From the NCBI GenBank assembly GCA_047967505.1, contig CM106538.1: a stretch of DNA of 64,000 nt; one strand, 5' to 3'. How positions within the stretch are numbered: the first letter of the stretch is position 1; each line of letters opens with the position of its first letter. This DNA comes from Dipteris shenzhenensis. Lineage: Eukaryota. The notes beneath the pieces are model-generated. The model saw only the letters and a list, made by a program, of their open reading frames with translations, ran no database searches and had not been told where the DNA came from. The position numbers were made by a program, and so were the translations under genes. Positions 14,901-26,900 of this stretch are shown here, piece after piece.

Positions 14901-15747
14901 TAAATTGGTTTAAGGACGTGGTGGAAAGAGGCCCTAATGCAACAATCAAATGCCATGCAAGTGGCTTTGTTACTATTGACTCCACAAAGTTTTGGCAAAG
15001 TAAGAAGGACACACTAGGACTACCGCAACATGTGAACAGGTATTATACACACATATAAGAATAATGATCATTTTTAAATATTTGATACCTTTGATGCAAG
15101 GAAAATAACATGATTGTATTTGTGTTTCAATTAGGTTGTCTGTTAACCAATGGTGGATAATAATAGGTGGTGGCATGTCATACCTATTACACCATGTTCC
15201 AAAGTGATGTATAGTACATTTACTAATATGGAGTGTATGGAGGACGATCATGGCCATGGAGGTGATGATGATGGTGATATGAGAGAGGAGGATGATCATC
15301 AGATAGATTTTCAAGTAGATAGTTTAGCAAGGGTTGATCTCATTGAGGATGAGATTGAATCGTAGCCCATCATTGATATTGGCAAAACTATATTACATAT
15401 TGTCTCATTCTCCTCACCTCACTTTATTTTTTTATATGTGAGTTTGCCAAAAAGCATCGATATTTTTGTTTAAATTATGTGCTTTGGTAATCATGGGCAA
15501 TGTTAGGAAAGCAGTGATGTATATTTATAAGCCTGCACCAAAATTTCATTTTTTGTATTCTCTATTTTGCATCTAAATCCGCGTCTAATTCATAGTGCAG
15601 ACGTGCTAATAGACGCACAAATAGATGCGCTATTAGACGCACTATTAGACGCGCTTGTATTTTTGCTATTCGAGTAGCACTTATAGACGCGCCCGCTATT
15701 TTGCGCATCTATCAAGAACGTCTATAGTTGCTTTGTCTTGTTGTGTT
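11983..15747 (+). mobile_element. Degenerate CACTA/EnSpm transposon (5'-deleted TnpD; DUF4218/DUF4216-type segments at ~13440-15365)
   Basis: GLKSHDWHKML; HLIVHLVDEIAICSTIHARWLFFLERFMKTLKGFVRQNARPEHSMAEGWL; DYCGIIQDIIKLDF. Clusters of atagacgc/atagatgc subterminal repeats at 12010-12220 and 15600-15725. Termini are degenerate (aactacaa...ttgttgtg). Confidence 0.8.
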
Positions 15748-15749
15748 AG

Positions 15750-15920
15750 GGTGGCAAAAGTGGAAGTGCAACTTCCGCAACCAAGTCTTTACAGGATCGG
15801 CCATGAGGATAAGAAAACATCTGATTGGCGATGAAAATAAATTAATAAAGAGATGTGAGGGGCCAAATGTCGAATCCATTGCTGGCATCCTACAAGGCAT
15901 TAACAATGCAAAAAGTTGAA
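15750..15920 (+). pseudogene. Isolated BED zinc-finger fragment of a hAT transposase
   Basis: KWKCNFRNQVFTGSAMRIRKHLIGDENKLIKRCEG, clearly homologous to the BED finger at ~16650-16760. Confidence 0.7.
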
Positions 15921-16583
15921 TCACTTGTGTATGAGTTGAATATGTAAATGAGTGAACATTTACTATGTGCAACTATTGTAATGAAATTTAACAATGATTT
16001 AGACCATGGATGTTCTTAATTGATCAATTGCTGGTTCCTTGCGCATTTATTTGAGTCTTGATGTTTTAGATTGCTTGTAGCATGAATGAATGCATTTAGA
16101 TCCTTTGAATAATTGTGTTGAAGAATTAAGATTGAAAAAGTAGAAGGCGAGAGAGAGAAACCCACAATCTGCCACATGCATGTAAGCAATGCTAGCTATT
16201 GTACTAGCATGTGTGAAATACTGACTTTCGTGTACAGAGCATGATGATACGAAAGATCATAGTGTAGATAGATGCTTACTCGAGAAAGAGTGAGATGTGG
16301 AAAAAGGAAATATGCCATCCTACGCATAGGTCCCTAGGCAGATTACCACGTCTATAACCATCCAATTATGTTAGGAGGGGGCAAGACGATTGGATGGTTG
16401 CTCCATCTCAAGGTCTGGCGCACTTACTGACCGTTGGCGGAATAAGAATGAGGGAAATGATTTCTCCATGCAACACACACTTGGGAAATAAAAGTTTAAG
16501 ATTAGAGAAATGTTTTTATACATTGCAATTGACAATTTTGCACATTATTGATCTATTGAAATGTGCATACAAAGTCCGTGAGC

Positions 16584-18722
16584 ATGGCTCTAGAGAAACA
16601 AGGCCGAAACCTTGCCAAAGCCCAAGACTATGTTACGCTCATAACTGCCACAAAGTGGAGATGTAATATTTGCCATGAAGAGTACACAGGTTCAGGAACT
16701 CGTATGCACAAACATTTCCTAGGCGACCCTGAAAGACAAATTGGAAAGTGTAAGGGTCTGGGAGTGGAAAGGGTGATTGCCATCTTGGGTCATCAGACAG
16801 TCGGCAATGCAAACACGATTGTTGATGAAATAGTTGCACGTCACCATTCTCAACTTATAATTGAAGAGAGAACTATGGGTCTTGAAACCCTAGGCAATCA
16901 ATTAGCGACTATGGAAAGTTGTTTGCAAAGTGCAACTACACATAGTAGTGGTGCTAGATCCCTTGCATAGTCGGCAAGCTACTCGAATGTGCAGATGGAA
17001 AGAGGACAATGGAGTAATGTGCCTCATTCGAATGCCCGTGCACATGTGCAGCAATAATCCCTCAAAGCTTCCTTCAAAGCACAACATATCGAGAAAGCAC
17101 AACAAGATGTGTTTGAAGCTATACATCACACGGGATATCCGTTGAGCATGGTGCAAAGCCCATATTCGAAAAGATCCATGGCTTCTATCGCTAAAGCTGG
17201 CCCGAGTTTTACAATGCCTAGTTATGATGCTGTTCGTAACAGCATGTTGGATGCTTACTATAGTAGGATGAAGGAGGAGATGCAACAAGTGGTTTATGAT
17301 GAATTGAGAAAACTGCTTGCACCATCATATAAGATGGATGGAAGAATGTTAGCAAGTAGACCTTGATTACATCATGGTTGTGATGTTCAAAGGGGAGGCT
17401 TTTTGATAGTCAATTGATACAAGCAGTGAGGCTAAGAAGGGAGAATTCATTGCAGAGCAGTTAAGTAGATGTATTGAAGATATTGGTCTTGACAATATTA
17501 TTCAACTGATTACTGATAATGCCAAGAATTGTCGAAAGTTTGGGAAAATTATAAATTGTAGATATGGACATATTTGGGCATTGCCATGCTCGTGCCATTG
17601 TCTAGATTTAGTCTTGGAGGATTGTTACAAAACTTTTGACACAAACTTCTTCAAAGTTCTTGTGGATGAGGCACAAAAGGTCATGTTGTACTTTCTTAAC
17701 CATGAGCAATTACTAAAGTAGGCATATTTAGGAATCATTAGCCTGCGAGTCACCTGCTAGAGCTTCTAAAGCCAGGTGAAACACACTTTGGCACAAACTA
17801 TATAATGATGGAGTGATTTATAAAGCAGCATTCCCTTGTAATGGAGACACTATTTAGCACAGAAGCGACAGAGTGGATAGCTGAGGCACACTCAAAAAAA
17901 TCTTGTAAGGAATTTGGAGACCTAAAGGCATTGGTTAATAACCCGACATTTTGGAAGAGGGTATCCGATGCAGTGGAAGCTATGAAGCCAATTTGGTTTG
18001 CAATCCGTAGGTTGGATGTGAAAGGGCCAAGCATGGGAAGTGCTTATATAGCATGGTGGATTGTTGAGAGGGATGTTTTGAAGGAAGATGCGAGGCCCAA
18101 CGAAGGTGGGTATAGCTTGACTAAATGAACTGCATTGCAAAAGATGGTGCGAAAATGATGGAATCAAGATCACAAGTCTTTGCACTATGCTGCCCATAGA
18201 TTAGATCCGCAATGGTGGGAATACCGCATAGAGACTGATATTCAGATAATGCAGTCATGGCATGATCTTCTTGGATGTTTCTTTGAGGATAGGATAGAGT
18301 ATGCCTCTGATGTTAGGGAACTGTCTGAAAATTTTCAAATAGAGAAGGATTGCTTGCCTATCCAAGAATCAAAGAACTAGCAAAAGACATGCTGGCATGG
18401 AGATGGTGGGAAGAGTGTGGAGCATCCACGCCTCTGTGCAAGCCTTGGCCATGAAGGTGTTGTCGCAACCTTATAGCAACTCCTCTAGCGAATGCAACTC
18501 AAGTAACTATAAGTTCGTGCATTCGGTCACAAAAAAGCACTTGACATCGAAAAGATCAGAAAAGCTAGTTTACCTCTATGTGAACGGTAGAGCTTTGGAT
18601 GATGTGAAAGGGGTATGCAGTGATGGTGATATGCCAAAGTGGGTACATATTGATCTTCCATGCCCTTGCATGATGCCCCTATATTGACTCACCCTGAGCC
18701 GAATTCTAGTGACTCAGAATAA
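16584..18722 (+). mobile_element. hAT transposase pseudogene (zf-BED, DUF659-type core, dimerisation domain)
   Basis: KWRCNIC...RMHKHFLG; GPSFTMPSYDAVR; DGW; ITDNAKNC; PCSCHCLDLVLED; KPGETHFGT; HYAAHRLDP; LAMKVLSQPYSNSSSECN...SEKLVYLYVN. Several stops and frameshifts. Confidence 0.9.
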
Positions 18723-19384
18723 GAGATGTTGGTTATATATGGTAAGTGTTGCAATTGCAATTCTTTTAACATGCAATTCTTTTGAAATGCAATTTAAAAT
18801 GCCACTTAAAATGCAATTTATTTAATATGTAAAGTATTTGATATGTAGTTTAATTTGATATGAAACTATTTGTGAAAGATTTATAATTTCAATGACACAG
18901 CTTATCTATGATAGTTTTCAAACATGCCAATTTTGACATCAACATAATAACGACTTGTTATCATATTATAAAAGAGCACATTGTACATGATAGTGATTGA
19001 CAATTGTAGAGTTTGATCATAGTTTACATTTCAAGCCACAATCGTCACTATAAGAAAAGTATACATGTGCTTAGTTTTCAAAATTTATAGTTACAGATTA
19101 AGTGGCCAAAAAATTATACTGAGAAGCTCATTTTTCAAAAATTGTGAGCATCAAAAGATTGCTGGTGCATGTCAGGTCCATATCCTATTGCTAATTTTGT
19201 GGTCGGCATGAACAATTGCATCGTGTGCAATTGTTCAACAAAACAATGAATAAACCGCACAACACCACCAACACCAAGGTGGACAAGATAGAGAGCCGAA
19301 TGATCATCATGGTGGATAGATTTGTGGAGGTTTGAAGAAAAACAATAAATATTAATTGTGGAGGTCTGAAGAAAAACAAGCATT

Positions 19385-19590
19385 AAAATTGCACATCATT
19401 TATTAAGTATTTCAAAATAATTAAAATACACCTCTAAAGAAAATTGATTTAAATAAACCAACATCAAAATCGCACATCATTTAAGTATTTCAAGACAATT
19501 AAAAGATGCCCTTAAGGATAACCGATTTGAAAAAACCTAGCACTCGTGCAACATTTACTTAAATATTTCAAAATAATTAAAAAGACATGC
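19385..19590. repeat. Degenerate ~80-bp tandem repeat x3
   Basis: gcacatcattt..aagtatttcaaaataattaaaa recurs three times. Confidence 0.7.
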
Positions 19591-19657
19591 AAAAAGAATA
19601 TTTCACGACAAAATAAATTTAAAACATGCTAGGAGGGTAGCTATCGCATTAACTCCA

Positions 19658-20952
19658 TTAACAAAATTGATATGTCTTTACGAGGCAGTACAATATACGA
19701 GATCATAATCTTCTCAGCCGAGGATCGGCTGAAAATGTTGCTCCAACGCCAAGAACATCGTACAATTGCTTGGCTTGGGGAGCATTACAAGTTGGGTAGG
19801 CACTCCTGACTTTCAACATATTTGCCAGGCAAACAAGTGAAACCGACGATGACATGATAGTGCATAATATCCGATCGTCATATCAAAACGATCTTGGCAT
19901 ATTGGACATAAAGGCCCATCATCCATAAAAGTGATACGTGAGACGAAAGGGTGGATCTGGCTGCCAGGCCCATGAAGTTTGGATCCAAGTTGTGAACACG
20001 GCCACCATCTTCAATGTGTTGGAGGGCGGCTTGTGCATCTCGTGCTTACTGAGAATACACAGTGGAGATGAGGCATTGCTCCTCATAGGTAGTTTTGAGG
20101 TCTTACCTTTGGCCAGCTTGTTGGAGAATGGCATTTAGGTGACTGACTTCAGGTTGTAGGAGCTCGTTCGCTCATCACCCGCCGATATGTCATGTACTAT
20201 GATGCTCAAAAAGGTGAGATCTTCTCGTGCAGCACTTTGCATTCTAGCTTGTGAACCCTCAACATGTGGGCCCTCTACACCTTCATCTTTTGTGACTTCA
20301 TGCATGTTAGAACTCGTTATGAAAACTACACAAAGCACACAATATGGGTAATGAGTACCCTCTATATGATATAACAACTACAATAATGGACATGTAACAA
20401 AATGGCATGTACTTCACTTACCTAAAGTCAGGCTTCCCACATTAGTAGGCAGTGTTGCAACGATGGGAACAACGATGACTTGTGGTTGCATTGGCCTTTT
20501 GCCCCGTGTCCTAGGTTTGCCAGCAAAATCTACAGGCACGTCCAACACAAACTTTGCATATAACATCTTTGCAAAGTAAAGTGGCATGGCCCTGCTATGA
20601 GGCTTCTTAGACTTGATCATGCAATGAATATAGTACGGATTATCGCTCATAGCAGGGTGGTGGCAATTCTTGATGGGCCACCATCCATGTGCGGCATCGA
20701 CGCAATCCCATACCGCTACAATGTCATTGTTGCAGACCATTGCATTGATGCGGTTGTATTTCTAACCATTTGGATCATGAAAAATGTTTCCATTGGCAAT
20801 TGCACATGCCTCATCTCTTCTTGTCAGTAGGAGGGTAGCATTAGCCCTCCATTAGCCACATCCATCATGTGCTTCATGGATTGCTTTCCCCTCGTGCTTA
20901 GATCTTGAGATGCGTATGTAGCTTGTGTTGAACGTTGCAATGCAGATGCCAT
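19658..20952 (-). pseudogene. Two-exon hAT-adjacent cargo gene of unknown function (exons ~20422-20952 and 19658-20325)
   Basis: ATG at 20952 (MASALQRS). GT-AG intron 20326-20421 in phase 1 joins ...GSLTL to VFITSS.... Exon 2 stays in one frame to TAA at 19658, with a few internal stops. Contains GWWPIKNCHHP...MPLYFAKMLYAKFVLDVPVDF. Confidence 0.55.
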
Positions 20953-21285
20953 GGTGACTCGTGAGTGAGGGAGCAAGAGAAGATCTAACAACCATGTGAG
21001 ATCGAGTGAGCGACTTGTTATTGAAACATTTAATTATAACATAATTATGCCAACCATACCATATAAGAATTTATCTAGCTAATAGAATTATGGATTGACC
21101 ATGATCGATTAAATTGTACGAATAAAAATGGCAAACTTTGACAAATTGTCACATTTTTAAACCCACATTAACATTTTTCTAAGACATTAAACTTTGGCAA
21201 TCATAGTGCATGCGAGTGTGATCATACATGTCAATCTCAAAGCAGACGTAGTTTTTATTCTACATGTCTTCATTTCCTCAATGGG

Positions 21286-22730
21286 TCACATTGCCACATC
21301 CTCGTTTACATTGAAACTATGCAGTTTTGTTAAAATTACTCCCATGGAAGGTTGCTCCTTTGGATCAATCTTGCAAAGCACGTTCCCACAATCAACCAAG
21401 AGCTTGATTGCAACATCTCCCTTCACAGAGTTGTCATTGAGAGTGTCTACAACATCTATGAGAAAGTTGGCAATTTGCCAAAATAGCCATCCAATGGCAA
21501 AGCAATCTGATTCAAGTGCCCATGCGCCCTTCAAATTTGCTCGGGTAGTAGTACTAGCATATAATTCCGATGCTAACCATGGAAATGCCTTGGGAGGAGA
21601 AAAAGTTAGGTCTTGTGGATATCGATTTTCAGTCCAGTGGAGCCTTCTTCCCCAATCAATAATCCCCACTCAAATAGACATGTCATCTGTCATGAAGTCC
21701 AGCATGTAGTTGGCTGCTTGCAGATCGGTGTGCACATATCTTTGTTCATGAACTGCTTTCGAACCACTAGCAATAGTAGCAACAATGGACAATGCATGAT
21801 GACAAAATAACCTTGCTCACAACCTAGTGAGTGGAGATTTCTAGTCAAAACGAGGTCCTTCTCTCGGATGTGTGGTGTTAACCCATTGCACATATGTCCC
21901 ACATCGCTATGGGAGACACATCAGCATATCATGCACACTTCCACCATTAAAAAAGGGAGTGACAACCTATAACTCTTGGGTGTGTGAGTACCCCAATACT
22001 TGATAGATAGCTCTATGGACAATTGTCATCGCTAGCTCATTCTTTAGTGCCAGATGAGCATAGGCATTTTCTCTATTATTCCCTTGCCAGCATACCACTC
22101 TCTTGGCCTAAGACCGTCCCCCCACAATTTGTATCCTGAATACCTTCCCTTCTCCATTTCCCACCGGTTCATGCAAGGTCAATGCTTGCAATGGAAAGTG
22201 TACTGTGTGGGAGCACATGTCGACAAATGCAGTACATAGTTCTATCTGTGCTCTCCCTTCAACTTAGCATGGGTCGACATTTTCTTCTAGACCACTAGCC
22301 ATCTTGGTCATATGGACCACGGCACTGGCTGTTGCCTTTCCGATGGACCCTTTCTCCTTCTAGTTTTCTCTAAATTTAGGTATTTGCGACACCTTACATT
22401 CAGTTGTCTAGAGTGCAAGCTTCACCTCTCCATTGTCAAGCAAGGCTACATTGCTCACCTTCTCGTATAATCCTTATTTCCTACTGGATCTCCAAACACT
22501 CAAGGGATAAATTGATCAAGTATCACTTTCACGTCCGATTGTGTCATTCGACCATGACCAGTCCAGCTCGCGTAAAGACGATCAAGTATTTGAGATATCA
22601 TTTGATCACATAGAAATTTTGAGCTTGCATGGGTTTGGAATTCTCTGTCACTCAATCCTATCAAGTGCTCGATCATTGTCTTATGGGAAAGAATCTGAAT
22701 CTCAGTCTTTAATTGCTCTTGCGTTGCCAT
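21286..22730 (-). pseudogene. Intronless protein kinase pseudogene (non-RD) with N-terminal extension
   Basis: Subdomains in order: VGNGEGKVFR (Gly loop, 22138-22170), YAGK, LKNE (alphaC), VHRAIYQVLGY, VTPFFNGGSVHDML, HTDLQAAN (21709-21732), IIDWG, PWLASE, SDCFAIGWLFWQI, DPKEQPSM. ATG at 22730. Disrupted by stops and frameshifts. Confidence 0.85.
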
Positions 22731-23367
22731 TAGAGATGGCTGTGTAGACAGTGTAGTGATCTAGTCATGCAACAATCATTTTGTAAGTGCTCACCACTCA
22801 AACTTCAAAATAAAGAACATTCAAATTACACATGCAAAATAAAGAACATTCAATTTAATACACAATGCGGGTGTAAACTAAATTTCACTCAAAACCAACA
22901 TATGAGTGAACATCAATCTATCAAGTAGTGGAGGTAAGAACAAAAAACATATAACATCATCACATAACTAAGATGATCTAGATCAGCTTTGCCAACAGAA
23001 AACATATAACAGCATCACATAACCAAGATGATCTAGATCGGCGGGCAAAAGCGGGCCATCATCTGCATAAAACTTAGCTCTACTGACACCTATGTACATA
23101 AATATATATGATATATAAGAAGATAGAAGTGGGGGGAACCGACTAGTAGATGCAAGCCATCACCTAGCTTCGATCTTTACTATTATCCACATTAGTCGAG
23201 GTGAGGTGAATATGATCGGTTGAAGTGGATCATCTCTTGGCCTAACTACGACATAAATGTAAACATCTCTCCCTCTCTCTCTTTTACTCTCCCCCTCTCT
23301 ATTTTCCTCTCTCCCTTTTACTCTTCCTCTCTTTTCTCTCTCTCTTTTACTCTCCCTCCCTCTCTCT

Positions 23368-23435
<68 letters not shown>

Positions 23436-23630
23436 ATCCCTCTCTTTACCTCTCGCAAACAGCCTACTGATAGTCAACCAGGCGAGGTGAATCCGACCGA
23501 CCAAGGTGGGTCATCACCTGGCCCAACTGACCGACTCTAAAAGCTCCAGAATCTCACAAAAAGGCAAAAAGTAGAAGCTGTGGTGGGAAAGCGATAGGTT
23601 TGGTAGGGCGGTAATGGCGGGAGCGGGGTC

Positions 23631-23638
23631 CTTTTATA
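23631..23638 (-). promoter_or_regulatory. Candidate TATA box for the minus-strand kinase cassette
   Basis: CCTATAAAAGG on the minus strand, upstream of a GA-rich leader (23270-23450) and the kinase ATG. Confidence 0.4.
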
Positions 23639-23953
23639 GGATTTATCACAAACACCATTGGTAAGCTTCTTGTACCGTGTGGTATCTCAACATACAAGGT
23701 TTCTTATCCTTCCCAATTGGATGATCCAAGATGTCACACATGTCGATTGGACACGTACCACGCGGTATAGGCAGGTTACTGGCAGTGTTGACTGGTGCCC
23801 TAATAAATACCGCGGGTATAGACGAGGGACCATGCGGGGCAATTGATACTGCTTGGTATGGCTAGCTACTGCCCACGCGGTGGTCTTTCGATCGACAGAT
23901 GGTACAAAGAACCACATTTTTTTGCATTTAGGGCATTAGGATGCAATCTTTAG

Positions 23954-26900
23954 TGTTGAGATATCGAGCTTCACTCATGATATGCCAGGGTGACTATTGT
24001 GCATTTATGTCACCAACTTGTTAGCTACAGATGCAGTTAGTACACTGCCCATGAATAATAGCTAGATGACAGCTATCCTTATGTACTCTAGTTTGTGGCT
24101 CAGTTAGTATGCCACCTTAGTTAGCTGAGTTTGGTTTGAGACCCACATATAGGGTTCTTCTATTTCTTTGTACTAGAGTTCTTTTGGCTTTCACAACTAA
24201 GAAGAGAAAAATTGTTTTCAGCCTCCACCTTTGTGTGTATTCCCCCATTGTGTATGTGACAAAGCTGCAAGTGAGACTCCTTCCTTCTCTCCCACTATCT
24301 TCACATGGTATCAGAGCCTGGTTCGTGGTAAGGAGTTAAGGAAAGTAAACAAGTTTGCAGTGTCCTAGTAAGAGGACCAGTGTTGCTTTCCTTTTTCGAG
24401 TTTGGGAGCAAATCTCTATAGGTAGCACAGTCAGAAAGTGCAAGAGTGCATTGTCTCAAATTGAGACACCCTTCGCGGTGTGGCGAGAGTGCAATATATG
24501 CTGCAGGTCAGGGCAAAGCCCTGGGTGACTTTATTTTTCTGATTTGAGGCCATTTCGAGGCCTGTTTTGGAGGTAGAAGTTCTTCGCAAGCACTGAGAAA
24601 AAAGCCTTGTTTTTGCTGTGCAACCACTGCTCTACAGGTCAATGATAAGTTACCATAGAAATTGCATTGTATGCTTGTGCGCAAAGATATTGGGAGTTAC
24701 AGAATCATCCTTATTGCCTGTTCATGCAAAATCGTCACTAGGAAGTGACTGTGTGGTCAAATACCACTTTCATCAGTTTTGCAGATTTGCCTTTGTGAGG
24801 CAGAAGCTGTGTTTTTTTGCAGTGATAGAATATTTTGCAGTGTTCTGTAATGGCATTTGATTCTCTTTCATAGACTATCACTGAAAAGCTTGACAAGAAC
24901 AACTTCCAAGCATGGAAGTTTAGAATGATGAATTTCCTTATGGGAAAAGGCTATTGGGAGTTCATTATAGAAAATGAAGAAGAGCCAGTTCTTCCTAATG
25001 TTCCCAATCAACATGAAATGCAGGTATTTAAACGATGGCATGAGAGCCAAAAAAGTTTACTAGCTGTCTATCAGTATTTCAGATTCTATTATTGTGCATA
25101 TTTAGGATGCAAGTACGCCAAAGGAGGCATGGGATACTTTGGCAAAAATGTACAGCACAAATATGCAAGCTAGGAAAATGCAGGTCAAGTAGGAGTTGCA
25201 CAATGTGCAGAGAGAAAATATGAGCATCAATGACTATGACATGAAGGTGAAGAAAATTGCAGATGCACTTGCTTCCATTGGGTCGCCAGTGGAAGATGAT
25301 AATTTAGTTTCTATGACCTTGAATGGTCTAGGAAAGGATTATGCACAGTTCTGGACATCCATTGCCATCCGTGAAAAATTTCCTGAGTTTGAGTTGTTTG
25401 CTCTTCTAATTTCTGAAGAGCAGAGAAATGGTGGTGCATCTTCTTCAGGAGGAACTTCAAAAGAAACTGTCTTCTACTCAAATGCTGGAAGAGGTAGAGC
25501 AGGCCGATCTGGAGGCCATGGTAGAAATCAGAATATGTAGCAAATTCAAGAAAACCAGAGCTATGGAGGAGGACGTGGTAACTCTAGAGGCATGGGGAGC
25601 CAAAGAAGTCATGGTGGATGGCAGAGAGGCCAAAATGCAAACAGCAATGTTGAATGCTACTATTGTGGTAAAATGGGTCATATGGCTAAAGACTGCTATA
25701 AAAAGTAGAATGACATCATGAATGGAAAATTACAGCAAGGGAATTATGCATCTTCTAGTAGACAGAGTGATGACAGAAATGAGCATTTGTTTATGGTGCA
25801 GCACATGACCAATTTTGTGACAAGTGCAGAAGAAAGCAATGATGTGTGGTATGTTGACTCAGGTGCATCAAACCACATGACAGGTCATGCAAAATGGATG
25901 CAAGATGCAAGGAAAATGGAAAGACTAGGATTTGTGGAGACTAGTGATGATACTGCACATCCTATTGTGTAGATTGGTAAAATTCCTTTATCTATGTAGG
26001 ATGGGAAAAAAAAATACCTATCTGATGTATTTCATGTCCCGAATATCACCAAGAACTTGGTTTCTGTTGGTCAAATGGTTGAGCAAGGCTTGCAAGTCAG
26101 ATTTAATCCTCATGGATGCTTTGTTGAGGATATGAAAAATAACGGTCACTTGATAGCAAAAGGAAAGAAGAAGGGCAGGATGTTTATGTTGGATGCGGAC
26201 ATGCCTGAATTGAGTGCAGCAATGTTTGCACATGGGACTAGTGTAGTTGCAGATATTGATATCTAGCATAAATGCATTGGTCATGTTAATGTATAGCGAC
26301 TTCAATCAGTACAGGTCCAAAATATTGTTGCAGGATTGCCTAAATTCAAGGTTGCAGAAATGCATAAGGTATGTGAAGCCTGTCAATTTGGCAAATAGGC
26401 AAGAAAACCATTTCCTACACATGTTCAAGAGAGTAAGAAGCCATTGGAATTAATCCACTCTGATGTGTGGACTACTAAAGCTGCATCTATTGGAGGATGT
26501 CATTATTTTTTCACTTTTATTTATGACTACAGTAGAAAAGTTTGGGTGTATTTTATGAAAAAGAAAAGTGAAGTGTTTGGGAATTTCAAAGCTTTTAAAG
26601 CTATGGTTGAAAAAGAAACATGCCTGCAAATAAAATGCCTAAGGTCTAATGGAGGGGGAGAGTACCTCTCAAATGAGTTTGTAAGGTTCCTACAAGAGCA
26701 TGGCATAAAGCAACAATATTCATGTAGTCATACCCACAGCAAAATGGACTTACAGAAAGGAAAAACAAGCATATTGGAGAGGTATCTCGGGCCATGCTAA
26801 ATGAAAAAGACCTACCAGATCATTATTGGGCTGAAGTAGTTGCTAAAACAGTTTACATAATGAATAGGACTCCTACTGTAGCAATACATGGCATGACACC

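Noticed and set aside
23925-23953. Ac-like hAT TIR (TAGGGATG) next to the copia insertion
   Set aside because: The sequence actually reads TAGGATG and I found no matching partner end or 8-bp TSD, so the hAT termini remain undefined.
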